In this document: positions 9,310 to 19,268 of the stretch, one piece after another | Numbering within the stretch: position 1 is the first letter of the stretch | How the letters are laid out: every line of letters starts with the position of its first letter | Assembly: GCA_964637885.1 (NCBI GenBank) | Contig: CAZWXO010000001.1 | Span: 111 to 64,110, forward strand | DNA length: 64,000 bases | Reading direction: 5' to 3' | DNA from: an uncultured bacterium | GTDB taxonomy: Bacteria > Bacillota > CAZWXO01 | Notes under the pieces: generated by a model | Database searches by the model: none | Told to the model about the DNA's origin: nothing | What the model saw: the letters and a program-made list of their open reading frames with translations, nothing else | Translations under genes and position numbers: made by a program

Positions 9310-10411
9310 ACGGCGGCATAGTGATATTTATATTGTGTTAGCGACAGTCATGCTAGCAATAATTGGCTTGGTAATGGTGTATAGTGCAAGTTCGGTTACT
9401 TCGACAATTGAACATGACGGAGTAAGTACCTTTTACTTGTTTAAGCAGTTACGGTGGGCTGGGCTGGGCGCCGGTATTTTTTTAGCGTGTTATTTTATGG
9501 ATTATCATTTGTTCACTAAATTATCCTTCGTTGCGATTGTAGTTGTTATTATTTTATTAATTCTTGTTTTGATCCCTGGAATCGGGATTAAGGTTTCTGG
9601 TTCAATGAGGTGGCTAAGCTTGGGGGGGTTCAGGTTTCAGCCTTCGGAGCTGGCTAAACTGGCGATGATTTTTTGGATAGCTGATTATTTTAGCAGAACA
9701 AAGGATGTTTTTTTAGACTTTACCGGCAAAGTGTTACCGGGTCTTTTCCCGTGCGGCATTATTTTATTACTGGTAATTCTTGAGCCAGACCTAGGAACAA
9801 CGGTTCTTTTATCAGCTATTGCCATGATTTTATTTTTCACAGCTGGTATGCATGTAATTCAGCTTCTGGGATTGTCCTGTGTTGGTCTGACAGGGGTGAT
9901 TTTTAAGATTATGAGTACCGATTATCAATTAGACCGGATTCTCTCTTTTGTCAATCCTTGGGACGACCCGTTAGGGAAAGGTTATCAAATTATTCAATCT
10001 TACTACGCCATCGGATCGGGAGGATGGTTTGGGGCTGGTTTAGGGGCAAGTAAACAAAAATTTTTCTGGCTACCGGAGCAACATACAGATTTTATTTTTG
10101 CAGTAATTGGGGAAGAATTGGGTTTCATAGGAATAATAGTTGTCGTAATTCTATTTATAACGATAATTAGTCGGGGATTCATTATTGCGAATAACGCAGA
10201 CGATATTGCAGGCAGATTGGTTGCGACAGGAATGACCTCGATGCTAGGGTTGCAAGCCTTTTTAAATATGGGCATGGTGGTAGGTATTTTGCCGATTACT
10301 GGAGTTACTTTGCCTTTTATTTCATACGGAGGTTCGTCTTTTCTCGTCTCATCAGTCTGTATCGGGATGCTGGCGAGTGTTTCAAGACCGAGAAAAAAGG
10401 GGATGGAATAA
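9293..10411 (+). CDS. ftsW: SEDS-family peptidoglycan glycosyltransferase FtsW/SpoVE
   Basis: 10-TM SEDS protein with the conserved LPFISYGGSS C-terminal motif. Confidence 0.9.
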   Translation: MMKIYRRRHSDIYIVLATVMLAIIGLVMVYSASSVTSTIEHDGVSTFYLFKQLRWAGLGAGIFLACYFMDYHLFTKLSFVAIVVVIILLILVLIPGIGIKVSGSMRWLSLGGFRFQPSELAKLAMIFWIADYFSRTKDVFLDFTGKVLPGLFPCGIILLLVILEPDLGTTVLLSAIAMILFFTAGMHVIQLLGLSCVGLTGVIFKIMSTDYQLDRILSFVNPWDDPLGKGYQIIQSYYAIGSGGWFGAGLGASKQKFFWLPEQHTDFIFAVIGEELGFIGIIVVVILFITIISRGFIIANNADDIAGRLVATGMTSMLGLQAFLNMGMVVGILPITGVTLPFISYGGSSFLVSSVCIGMLASVSRPRKKGME

Positions 10412-10412
10412 G

Positions 10413-11534
10413 ATGCGGTTAATTTTGACTGGCGGCGGGACAGGCGGACATATTTATCCTTTAATAGCGGTCTATAACGAGTTAAAAAAGAACGAACGTA
10501 TCGAGGTGACTTATTTCGGGAAAAAAAACGGTATGGAAGAGGATGTCGCGCGAAAAAATGATTTGGATTTTTTTGGATTAACAATTTTGGGGATGGCACG
10601 CGGAAAGCCATGGCAACTTTTTAGCTTAGCCATCTTATATGCCAGAGCAATTTTTGTGAGTGTTATTAAAATTCGCAGCTTAAAGCCAGATGTTATTTTT
10701 GCCAGTGGCGGGTATGCTTGCTTTCCGGCTTGTATAGCAGCCACGATATTGCGGGTGCCGTTTTGCCTGCACGAACAGAATGCACTTCCAGGGAAAGCAA
10801 ATCTTTTTCTTGCGAAGTTTGCTTCGAAAACATTTGTCTCTTTCTCTTCTTCGATGAAAAAATTTAAAACTAATCGGCCTATTATTTTAACTGGCCTGCC
10901 CATTAGAGATTCTTTTTTTAGCAGTTTAAAAAAGCAAGCCCGAGAAAATCTGGCTTTTTCTCCCGCTGATTCTATCATTCTCATCACTGGAGGGAGCCGG
11001 GGGGCGAGTTTTCTTAATACCCTAGGTCAGTTTTTAGGCCACTGGGCAAGGGGAAATAATAAAATTATCTTGATTACAGGAAAAAACAATTACGCTGGTG
11101 TATTAGAAGAAATGAAAGCTCACAATATTCACCACGGCATAGATGCAAATGTAAAGGTAATCGCGTATGCTGATAACGTTGATCAATACATGAGTGCCGC
11201 TGATCTAGTAATATGTCGGGCAGGGGCGACAACTATAGGCGAATTATGCGCTTTGGGTAAACCATCAATTTTAATTCCTTTTCCGGGGGCAGCGGAAAAC
11301 CATCAATTAATCAACGCACAGTCGGCGGCCGATGCTGGGGCTGCAGTAGTTTTTGAGGAGCAGTGTTTTGTTGGTGGAGCTGAGTTTGTTAGCTATGTTG
11401 AGAAATTAATATCGGACGCAGCCGAACTCGAAAGAATGGCTGAGCAGGCAAAAAAATTGGCAAACTGCCACTCTGCCGCAATTATTGCTGCAGAGTTAAT
11501 TAAAATTCACAAAGTGGGTGGAAGATTTGAGTGA
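10413..11534 (+). CDS. murG: UDP-GlcNAc:lipid I GlcNAc transferase MurG
   Basis: MRLILTGGGTGGHIYP N-terminus (G-loop); GT28 family. The track ORF starts upstream at 10377. Confidence 0.92.
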   Translation: MRLILTGGGTGGHIYPLIAVYNELKKNERIEVTYFGKKNGMEEDVARKNDLDFFGLTILGMARGKPWQLFSLAILYARAIFVSVIKIRSLKPDVIFASGGYACFPACIAATILRVPFCLHEQNALPGKANLFLAKFASKTFVSFSSSMKKFKTNRPIILTGLPIRDSFFSSLKKQARENLAFSPADSIILITGGSRGASFLNTLGQFLGHWARGNNKIILITGKNNYAGVLEEMKAHNIHHGIDANVKVIAYADNVDQYMSAADLVICRAGATTIGELCALGKPSILIPFPGAAENHQLINAQSAADAGAAVVFEEQCFVGGAEFVSYVEKLISDAAELERMAEQAKKLANCHSAAIIAAELIKIHKVGGRFE

Positions 11535-12888
11535 AAGACTGCATTTTATTGGCGTCAACGGAATTGGCATGAGTGGAATAGCGACTGTTATGGTCCAGCG
11601 AGGTTATCAGGTGAGCGGCTCTGATCCTTCAGGGTCATCGAGGACAAAAAAGCTTTCCAGCCTTGGAGCAGTGATTAGTGATCAACATCAGGCGGATAAC
11701 CTGCCCGACGATACTGACTATGTAATATATTCATCGGCGATAAAAGCCGACAATGTTGAGTTACAAAAGGCTAAGCTTTTAGGCATCCCTGTTTTGCACC
11801 GCTCTGAAATGCTGGCAAAGATAGTTTCCTCTGGCAAAGGCATTGCTATCGCGGGTGCTCATGGAAAGACAACTACGACCTCGATGCTGGCGCATGTAAT
11901 GCTCGGCATGCATTTAGATCCCACTGTCGTGATTGGCGGGGAGATTGACGAGCTTAAGGGCAACGCAGCGCACGGCCGAGGAGAATATGTTGTCGTCGAA
12001 GCGGATGAAAGCGACGGATCTTTAGTTAACCTGAGGCCATTTGGTGTCATTGTCACTAATATTGACGAGGACCATTTGGATTATTTTGGAAGCCTGCAAA
12101 ATATTCTTGACACGTTTACCTCTTTTGTCAACTGGATTCCTGAAAATGGCGTTGCAGTTTTTTGTGGTGACGACGCAAATAATCTAAAAGTGATCGATTC
12201 AGTGAAAAAAAATGTCGTGAAATACGGCACAGGTCCGGAAAACGACTATGTCCTAAAAGACTACCTTCCCATGGGCTGTGGTTCGTCTTTTTCAATCTGG
12301 AGGAATGGAGAAAAACTAATTGCATGTCAGCTAACTGTTCCAGGTATTCATAATGCTTTGAATGCTGTCGGTGTCATGGCCTTGTTACATGAGCTAGGAA
12401 TTGACCAGGGGCCGGCAGCCAAAGTACTGGCAACGTTTAAAGGGGCGAAAAGACGGTTTCATAAAATGGGGTACTACCGTGGAATCGAGTTGATTGATGA
12501 TTATGCTCACCACCCAAAGGAAATTGAGATGACCTTACAAGCGGCTAGAAATTATTCCCAAGGAAGGATAATTGCTGTTTTTCAGCCGCATCGGTATAGC
12601 AGGACGCAATTTCTTTTCAAAGATTTTGCTGAATCCTTTGGACACGCCGATTATGTTATTATCATGGATATCTATGCGGCTGGTGAAACTCCTATTGCTG
12701 GAGTGAGTGGTAGGATGATTTTGGATGCCATGGGAGTAAATCAACGAGCGAAGGCTGACTTCGTTGAAAGCTTCAACGTTGCAGTCGACAAAATCAAAGA
12801 TTTTGTTTGTGATGGAGATCTTGTCGTCACAATGGGCGCAGGAGATGTGTGGAAAATTTGTGAACAATTACAAGAATCATCAATGTAA
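11518..12888 (+). CDS. murC: UDP-MurNAc:L-Ala ligase MurC
   Basis: HFIGVNGIGMSGIA and AGAHGKTTTTSM motifs. Start is GTG 11518 or TTG 11527. Confidence 0.92.
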   Translation: MEDLSERLHFIGVNGIGMSGIATVMVQRGYQVSGSDPSGSSRTKKLSSLGAVISDQHQADNLPDDTDYVIYSSAIKADNVELQKAKLLGIPVLHRSEMLAKIVSSGKGIAIAGAHGKTTTTSMLAHVMLGMHLDPTVVIGGEIDELKGNAAHGRGEYVVVEADESDGSLVNLRPFGVIVTNIDEDHLDYFGSLQNILDTFTSFVNWIPENGVAVFCGDDANNLKVIDSVKKNVVKYGTGPENDYVLKDYLPMGCGSSFSIWRNGEKLIACQLTVPGIHNALNAVGVMALLHELGIDQGPAAKVLATFKGAKRRFHKMGYYRGIELIDDYAHHPKEIEMTLQAARNYSQGRIIAVFQPHRYSRTQFLFKDFAESFGHADYVIIMDIYAAGETPIAGVSGRMILDAMGVNQRAKADFVESFNVAVDKIKDFVCDGDLVVTMGAGDVWKICEQLQESSM

Positions 12889-12897
12889 TTAGTTGCT

Positions 12898-13647
12898 ATG
12901 AAAAAGAAAAAAAACAAATATCTTAAAATTCGGTTCAAATTCATATTTTTTCTCTTCATCGCAGTAAGTATAGTTTTTATTGCTTGGTATTTCGTTGTTG
13001 AGCGTGAAGTTTTTAATTTGCGTTCAATTACTGTTGAAGGGCTTCATAGCTATGATGAAGAGTATTTCCTTAAGGAAGTCGAAATTGAATTGGGCATGAA
13101 TATCTTTTTTATCAACGAAAAGCGGATCAATCGGGATGTTGAGGAAATGCTGCGGATTCGCGAGGTTGAAGTGCAGCGAAATTTACCTGATCGCGTCTCA
13201 ATCCGTGTCGAAGAGCGAGCAGGCCAATTTTTGCTAAATTATGGAGGAAATTTTTTTCTTATCGATACAGATGGTATAATATTCGACAAGGCACAGGATG
13301 CAAAAGAATATGATCTGCCATGCCTTGTTGACGAAATGTATGGCGAAGTTGAATTGGGTAAGGGTATCAGTGAGGGGGATGCATTCTTTTTATTTTCTTT
13401 ATTGAAAAAAATGCCAGCTACTACACTGAAAAACATATCAGAAGTCTCATACATAAATGGTGATGTTGTAATGTATACTGTGAATGGAGTAAAAGTACTT
13501 TGGGGTGACGATGCCGAGAATTTTCAGGTTAAACTGAAAGTTTTTGAAAAACTCCCTGCCATTGCCGAGGATTACGGAAATGTCGAGTACATTGATATCA
13601 GATACGGAGATAATCCGATAATTAAAACATTGGAGAGTGGGGATTAA
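12898..13647 (+). CDS. ftsQ: Cell division protein FtsQ/DivIB with a POTRA domain
   Basis: N-terminal basic region, one TM segment, POTRA-like (ITVEGLHSYDEEYFLKE), beta-domain. Confidence 0.85.
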   Translation: MKKKKNKYLKIRFKFIFFLFIAVSIVFIAWYFVVEREVFNLRSITVEGLHSYDEEYFLKEVEIELGMNIFFINEKRINRDVEEMLRIREVEVQRNLPDRVSIRVEERAGQFLLNYGGNFFLIDTDGIIFDKAQDAKEYDLPCLVDEMYGEVELGKGISEGDAFFLFSLLKKMPATTLKNISEVSYINGDVVMYTVNGVKVLWGDDAENFQVKLKVFEKLPAIAEDYGNVEYIDIRYGDNPIIKTLESGD

Positions 13648-13649
13648 GA

Positions 13650-14360
13650 TTGCAGCATAGCCGACGTTGGCAGTTGTCCATTGCATTTGTGTGTATGTTT
13701 TTGGGAGTAGTATTGGCTGTGCAATTTAGAACACAAGTCTTATTTGAGAACCAGGTTGTCAACCAAAGAGAAGAAGATTTAGTAACTTCGCTCAAGCAGT
13801 CGGAGGAATCCCGAAAATCTCTGGAAGACGAGTTAGCAAAGCTTAAAAAACTAGTGGAAGACGAGACGACTGGCGCGGACGTGATTTTGCAAGAGGAGAT
13901 GGTTGTCACAAGGATTGCTGCTGGGATTATACCGGCAGAGGGGGAAGGAATTATTATCACTATGCGTGATAGTAACCGCCCAGTCCAAAGTGGCGATGAC
14001 CCAAACGCATATTTAATTCACGACACGGATCTGCTAAAAGTAGTGAATGAGTTAAAGGCTTCTGGCGCAGAGTGCATTAGCGTGAATGAGCAGCGCATCA
14101 CGGCCATGAGCGAGATAAGATGCGCCGGTCCGACGATTCTTGTAAACCGGGTGCGACTAGCACCTCCCTACATTATTAAAGCAACTGGAGATGGGGAAAC
14201 GTTAACAAACGGATTAAAGATGCCTGGCGGCATTGTTGAAACTTTGCAGTATTGGGGTATAATGGTCGAAATAAAAAAGAGTCAAAAGATTCTTATTCCT
14301 GCCTTTAAGGGTAGCTTTGAGTACAAGCATACTACTGCTCCGAAGGGGGATGTTAATTAA
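13650..14360 (+). CDS. DUF881 (YlxW/YlxX-like) division-associated membrane protein
   Basis: N-terminal TM segment, coiled coil, conserved DUF881 C-terminal region; TTG start; same position as B. subtilis ylxW/ylxX between divIB and sbp. Confidence 0.7.
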   Translation: MQHSRRWQLSIAFVCMFLGVVLAVQFRTQVLFENQVVNQREEDLVTSLKQSEESRKSLEDELAKLKKLVEDETTGADVILQEEMVVTRIAAGIIPAEGEGIIITMRDSNRPVQSGDDPNAYLIHDTDLLKVVNELKASGAECISVNEQRITAMSEIRCAGPTILVNRVRLAPPYIIKATGDGETLTNGLKMPGGIVETLQYWGIMVEIKKSQKILIPAFKGSFEYKHTTAPKGDVN

Positions 14361-14728
14361 TGTGGATTCCTTTAGCAGGACTAGTTCTAGGTGTCGTCAT
14401 CGGCTTGCTTTCCGGGATCACGGTTCCTTTTTTCTACGCTAAGTATCTATCGATAGCGATACTTGCTGCTTTGGATTCTGTCTTTGGTGGATGGCGGTCA
14501 GCGTATGAGAATAATTTTGACACTAAGATTTTTATTTCCGGGTTTTTCGGAAATGCGCTTCTAGCTGCATTGTTGGCATTTATGGGGGATCGGCTCGGGG
14601 TTGATTTGTATTTAGCAGCAGTGGTCGCATTTGGAGTGCGCTTGTTTCAGAATGCAGCAATAATCAGAAGGTATGTGTTGGGCAAGAAAATTAGGGTTTT
14701 TAATTCCGAATCACATAAAAATATATAA
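14360..14728 (+). CDS. sbp: Small basic protein Sbp (DUF1290)
   Basis: 122-aa hydrophobic protein immediately upstream of ftsZ, as in Bacillus. Confidence 0.7.
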   Translation: MWIPLAGLVLGVVIGLLSGITVPFFYAKYLSIAILAALDSVFGGWRSAYENNFDTKIFISGFFGNALLAALLAFMGDRLGVDLYLAAVVAFGVRLFQNAAIIRRYVLGKKIRVFNSESHKNI

Positions 14729-14739
14729 GGGGGTGCACT

Positions 14740-15807
14740 ATGCCCATAACGTTTGATGAAAATGGGATTGCCCAGCCAGCAATAATAAGAGTAATTGGTG
14801 TTGGCGGTGGTGGAAATAATGCTATTGAGCGGATGATAGGTGCCAATTTAAAGGGAGCGGATTTTATTTCTGTCAACACGGATGCGCAAGTTTTGTCGCG
14901 CTCTTCCGCAGAGCATCGCATCCAAATAGGCGAGAAATTGACTAAGGGGAGAGGAGCCGGTGCAGATCCAGAAATAGGGCGTCGCGCTGCCGACGAGAGC
15001 AAGGACCATATTGAGACGGTGATTAATGGATGCGACATGATTTTTGTGACTGCAGGGATGGGGGGCGGAACGGGAACAGGTGCAGCCCCAGTCATCGCGC
15101 AAATGGCAAAAAATGCAGGTATTTTGACTGTTGGTGTTGTGACAAAACCCTTTTCAGCGCTAGAGGGACCAAAGCGGATGCGGCAAGCTGAAGAGGGGAT
15201 TAAACTGCTTAAAGCTAATGTCGATGCTTTGGTTGTGATCCCTAACGATCGTTTGTTGCAGGTGCTTGAGCGGGGAACAACTCTCTTAGAAGCCTTTCGC
15301 GTGGCTGACGATGTCCTGCGTCAGTGTGTGCAAGGTATTTTGGATACCATTCTGAAGCCAGGATTAATAAACCTGGATTTCGCTGATGTGAAACGAATCA
15401 TGGAAAATTCTGGTTCGGCCTTGATGGGAATTGGCATCGGGCGTGGTGAAAACAGAGTGGTTGATGCTGCCAAAGCTGCCGTTGAAAGTCCCTTATTAGA
15501 AGTCTCCATCGAAGGAGCTAAGGGTGTACTATTCAATGTCACTGGCGGACCGGATTTAGTCTTAGAACAGATAATGGAAGCATCGCGTTATATAACTGAA
15601 GTTGCTTCTGAAGGGGCAGAGATTATTTTTGGTGCGACGATAGAAGACTCCTTGGAAAATGAGACACGAATAACAATCATTGCGACTGGATTTGACCGAC
15701 CTTCGCGCAAAGTAAGAGAAATTGACGAACCTGTGAAACCAGATACACTACCAAATCAAAATACTGGCGAATTTGAGATACCTCCTTGGCTTCGATCCCG
15801 TGGTTGA
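14740..15807 (+). CDS. ftsZ: Tubulin-like GTPase FtsZ
   Basis: GVGGGGNNA and [13 protein letters not shown] signature motifs; RBS AAGGGGGTG. Confidence 0.97.
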   Translation: MPITFDENGIAQPAIIRVIGVGGGGNNAIERMIGANLKGADFISVNTDAQVLSRSSAEHRIQIGEKLTKGRGAGADPEIGRRAADESKDHIETVINGCDMIFVTAGMGGGTGTGAAPVIAQMAKNAGILTVGVVTKPFSALEGPKRMRQAEEGIKLLKANVDALVVIPNDRLLQVLERGTTLLEAFRVADDVLRQCVQGILDTILKPGLINLDFADVKRIMENSGSALMGIGIGRGENRVVDAAKAAVESPLLEVSIEGAKGVLFNVTGGPDLVLEQIMEASRYITEVASEGAEIIFGATIEDSLENETRITIIATGFDRPSRKVREIDEPVKPDTLPNQNTGEFEIPPWLRSRG

Positions 15808-15824
15808 TAACCGAAAGGGGTAAT

Positions 15825-16556
15825 GTGTTGGGCGATCATAAACGTCTTATTTTAGTGGACGGGAACATTGCTTTTTGCAAGATGTTTCAGGAATACGTGG
15901 CATTTTATTCCGAGTTTAAGCTAGTGGGCGTTTTTCACAACGGGCTCGAGGCTGCACGGGAATGCCCTAACCTTTCTCCGGACATTATTGTGCTGGACAA
16001 TGCTGTGCCTTTCTTGGACGGTTTAAATTTATTGAAAGTGTTCCAAAAAAGTTTGTCATCAAAAAAACCAGTAATTATAATGTTAACCGCTTTTAGTCAG
16101 GAGAATGTCGCTCGACGAGCACTTGAATTGGGAGCGGATTGTTTTATGGCCAAACCTTTGGGTATGAATAATCTTGTCCATCGGATGCAACAACTGATTA
16201 AAGGCGACGTTTTCGTTGCGGACAGGAAAACAGAAACGATTGAAGCATATCTAATTTCTCTCGGATTAGATTCACATTTGCAGGGTTTTCGCTATTGTGT
16301 TGATGGGGTAAAAATATTGCTGGATTTTTCGCCACGATCGGCTAGCGGACTTGGAAAATATATCTATCATGAATTGTCGAGAGCTAACTCAAAATCAGTG
16401 GCGAGTATCGAGCGCTCGATGCGCTATGCAATTACAAACCGAATTGGCAGCACTCCAATTGTGGACAACGGTCAGACTAATGTCGCTTTTATTTATTCTA
16501 TTTATCGTGCGATGTCGGAGAAAGAGGTTTTCTCGGCATTGTACAGTGAAAGGTGA
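15825..16556 (+). CDS. Spo0A-family response regulator: REC domain plus Spo0A_C DNA-binding domain. The acidic pocket reads VDGN where Spo0A has ADDN.
   Basis: Colinear similarity to B. subtilis Spo0A. REC blocks: DIIVLDNAVPFLDGL and VIIMLTAFSQENVARRALELGADCFMAKP. C-terminal recognition helix: VASIERSMRYAITNRIG versus Spo0A ASRVERAIRHAIEVAWSRG. Likely start is GTG 15825, preceded by AAAGGGG; the track ATG 15786 overlaps ftsZ. Confidence 0.8.
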   Translation: MLGDHKRLILVDGNIAFCKMFQEYVAFYSEFKLVGVFHNGLEAARECPNLSPDIIVLDNAVPFLDGLNLLKVFQKSLSSKKPVIIMLTAFSQENVARRALELGADCFMAKPLGMNNLVHRMQQLIKGDVFVADRKTETIEAYLISLGLDSHLQGFRYCVDGVKILLDFSPRSASGLGKYIYHELSRANSKSVASIERSMRYAITNRIGSTPIVDNGQTNVAFIYSIYRAMSEKEVFSALYSER

Positions 16557-17685
16557 TATTTTGATTAACGGGATTGCCCGAATTAACAAGCGTACCAAAG
16601 AGTTAACAAAGATAATCAAGCCATCTGAAATCGCAGTTATCGATCACGATGACATTGATGAGGTATCAGCCAAGGCTTTAGTTTCCTGTCGAATTAAATG
16701 TGTTTTAAACGCAGCGCCATCGATTAGTGGCAAATATCCGAATCATGGCCCTTTGCACATGGTGGAGAATGGCATTTTTTTAATCGATAATTGTGGTGCG
16801 GAGCTTTTTGACAAGCTTGTTGAAGGCGCGGTTATTTCGATCAATGAAACAACTGGGGAAATATTGCAGAACGATAAAGTTTTGGTCAATGGACAACCCC
16901 AAAATGCGGAGTCGTTGAAGCTTCAAATGCTACAAGCAAAAGACAACGTCGCAGAGGAATTGGATCGATTTGTCGTAAATACACTGGAATTTGCGCGAAA
17001 TGAAATCGGTTTAATTACTGATGATTTATTGATGCCGGAGATGGAGACTGTTTTTAATGACAAGCACGCGTTAATTGTTGTTCGAGGGAAGTACTATAAA
17101 GAAGATCTGCAGGCCATCAGTTCCTATATCAAAGAACAACGGCCAGTACTTATCGGTGTCGATGGTGGAGCCGACGCTTTGCTGGAGATGGGTTTTGTTC
17201 CTGATGTTATTATTGGGGATATGGATAGCGTCTCAGATGCCGCATTGTGTTGCGGGGCCGAGCTGGTCGTTCATGCTTACCGCAATGGAATAGCACCTGG
17301 ACTGGAAAGGGTTCAGCAACAGGGGCTAAGTGCAAAAATTTTTGCTTCTGCTGGAACGAGCGAAGATATAGCGATGTTGATGGCATATGAATATCAGGCG
17401 AAATTAATTGTCGCCGTTGGAACACACTCAAACATGATTGATTTTTTGGAGAAGGGCCGGAAAGGGATGGCGAGTACATTTTTAGTTCGCCTTAAAGTCG
17501 GATCTATTCTTGTCGATGCCAGAGGGGTAGCCGAATTACAAAAAATGCGTTTTAAAAAACGTTATTTCGTCGCATTATTTTTTGCCGCTTTTATACCTTT
17601 GGCCTTGGTTATCGCGTTGTCCCCTGTTTTTATGCCAATGCTAAGCTTATTATTGATTAAGATACAGGTTATTTTAGGAATTTAG
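16546..17685 (+). CDS. steA: SteA-like putative cytokinetic-ring protein with a thiamine-pyrophosphokinase-like fold and a C-terminal TM anchor
   Basis: TPK-like motif (VLIGVDGGADALLEMGFVPDVIIGDMDSVSD) and a C-terminal hydrophobic helix; about 380 aa like actinobacterial SteA. Start is GTG 16546 or TTG 16561, overlapping the end of the regulator gene. The track ATG 16351 lies inside the upstream gene. Confidence 0.7.
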   Translation: MKGDILINGIARINKRTKELTKIIKPSEIAVIDHDDIDEVSAKALVSCRIKCVLNAAPSISGKYPNHGPLHMVENGIFLIDNCGAELFDKLVEGAVISINETTGEILQNDKVLVNGQPQNAESLKLQMLQAKDNVAEELDRFVVNTLEFARNEIGLITDDLLMPEMETVFNDKHALIVVRGKYYKEDLQAISSYIKEQRPVLIGVDGGADALLEMGFVPDVIIGDMDSVSDAALCCGAELVVHAYRNGIAPGLERVQQQGLSAKIFASAGTSEDIAMLMAYEYQAKLIVAVGTHSNMIDFLEKGRKGMASTFLVRLKVGSILVDARGVAELQKMRFKKRYFVALFFAAFIPLALVIALSPVFMPMLSLLLIKIQVILGI

Positions 17686-17691
17686 GAGATT

Positions 17692-18597
17692 TTGAGAATG
17701 ATCATCGATGTTAGATATCATGTTGCTTCTTTAGTAGCTGTGTTTTTAGCCCTTGCTTTAGGAATATTGATGGGCATGTCTTTGCTTAACGGGCAGAGCG
17801 TTTTGGAGAAGCAGCAGGAACTAGTAGAAAGCCTCCGCAGCGATTTTGAAAAATTAAAAGATGATAACGACGCCTTGCAGGCACATTTATCCCAGCTTGA
17901 CAGCAAAAATATCTCGGATGAAAAATTTATGCGCACGCTGCTTCCAGGCATTATAAAGGAGAAACTCGTCGACAAGAATTATCTTATAATTCGAACAAAT
18001 ACCGATGTCGATCTCAATGAACTCGCTTCAACGATTGTGTTAGCTGGGGGCAGCTCGGAGATGGTGATAACCTTTAAAGAAAATTTTCTGCAAATCCTAC
18101 AGAATCAATCAGACAAATATATTGATGCGTTTAATATCGACTGGAAAGAGGATCCAGAAGAGGACGCTGCTCAAATTATTGAGATAGTTTTCTCAATGCT
18201 TGGTGAAGCTGAAAACTCACGGGGCCTGGCTTTGTTGGAACAGTTACAAGCTGATGGAGCGGTCTCGTATAGTGGAAGATTGCAGACGCCTCCCAAGGGG
18301 GTTATTTTAGTTGGGGGTGCCAGCGCCGATGTCAATAATCTGGCAGGTGTAGACATACCAATAATTGAAATTTTGCGCTTGCGAGGGATTAGTGTAGTAG
18401 GTGTTGAAGAGTACCTAGTGCCATTGTCATACATCAAAGATTATCGAAAAAAGGGGATTTCGACTGTCGACAACATTGATTCAGTAGTTGGATTAATCTC
18501 GATGGTTGCAATCTTGAGTGGCGAGGAGGGCAACTATGGGCTCAAGGGAGGCTCCTCAGCCTTGATGCCTGTGATGGATAGTTGGATTACTGAATGA
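17692..18597 (+). CDS. steB: SteB/MctB-family ('copper transporter' DUF3186) membrane protein
   Basis: N-terminal TM segment then a long coiled coil; about 300 aa; follows steA by 7 nt, matching the steA-steB pairing described in Corynebacterium/Mycobacterium. Confidence 0.6.
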   Translation: MRMIIDVRYHVASLVAVFLALALGILMGMSLLNGQSVLEKQQELVESLRSDFEKLKDDNDALQAHLSQLDSKNISDEKFMRTLLPGIIKEKLVDKNYLIIRTNTDVDLNELASTIVLAGGSSEMVITFKENFLQILQNQSDKYIDAFNIDWKEDPEEDAAQIIEIVFSMLGEAENSRGLALLEQLQADGAVSYSGRLQTPPKGVILVGGASADVNNLAGVDIPIIEILRLRGISVVGVEEYLVPLSYIKDYRKKGISTVDNIDSVVGLISMVAILSGEEGNYGLKGGSSALMPVMDSWITE

Positions 18598-19259
18598 GTG
18601 AAATAATTGTATTAATGCCGGCTTACAATGAGTCGGATTTAATAGCGTCTACAGTTCAAGCTGTCGTAAAAGCTTGTCCTTTTGTCGATGTTTATGTTAT
18701 CGATGATGGATCGACAGACGATACAGCCCGTTGCGCGCAGGAAGCTGGTGCAAAAGTGATGCAAACACCATCAAATTTAGGAAAAGGTGGAGCACTAAAT
18801 TATGGTCTCGGAAAAATTGATGGTTTCAAGATAGTAGCTTTTCTAGACGCAGATCTGGGGGAATGTGCTGGTCAGGTGGCAGAGCTAATCGACTCTGTTC
18901 GGAGCGGCAATGCTGATATGGCGATTGCGGGCTTTCCCCCTGCCAAAATTAAAGGCGGCTTTGGTTTTGTCAAGCGTTTAGCACGGGACGGAATTTTGGA
19001 TAGGACGGGTGTATCGTTTAACTCTCCAATTTCAGGGCAAAGAGTCTTGCGCCAAGAAGTGATTGAAAAAATTGGTCCCATCGAAGAGGGATACGGAGCT
19101 GAAGTGGCCATGACTATCGATGCTTTGCGGGAAGGATTTAGTGTTGTTGAAATACCTCTGCAAATGAAACATCGGGAGTCGGGTAGGAATTTAAAGGGGT
19201 TTTTGCATCGCTGGCGTCAATACGTTCATATTCGAAGGGCATTGGCCAAAAGGCGGTGA
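18594..19259 (+). CDS. Small family-2 glycosyltransferase (polyprenyl-phosphate sugar synthase-like, DPM1/GtrB-like)
   Basis: MPAYNES ... DDGSTDDT ... DADL (DXD) motifs of GT-A fold GT2 enzymes; start overlaps the steB stop. Confidence 0.75.
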   Translation: MSEIIVLMPAYNESDLIASTVQAVVKACPFVDVYVIDDGSTDDTARCAQEAGAKVMQTPSNLGKGGALNYGLGKIDGFKIVAFLDADLGECAGQVAELIDSVRSGNADMAIAGFPPAKIKGGFGFVKRLARDGILDRTGVSFNSPISGQRVLRQEVIEKIGPIEEGYGAEVAMTIDALREGFSVVEIPLQMKHRESGRNLKGFLHRWRQYVHIRRALAKRR

Positions 19260-19268
19260 GAAGATACG

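Noticed and set aside
16351-16545. Track ORF start ATG 16351 for the SteA-like gene, and similar upstream-extended track starts for murG, gmk, coaBC, ribD, ribH, coaD, fabG and acpP
   Set aside because: The extensions lie inside the preceding gene in another frame and lack homology. Internal ATG, GTG or TTG codons with Shine-Dalgarno sequences reproduce the canonical N-termini.
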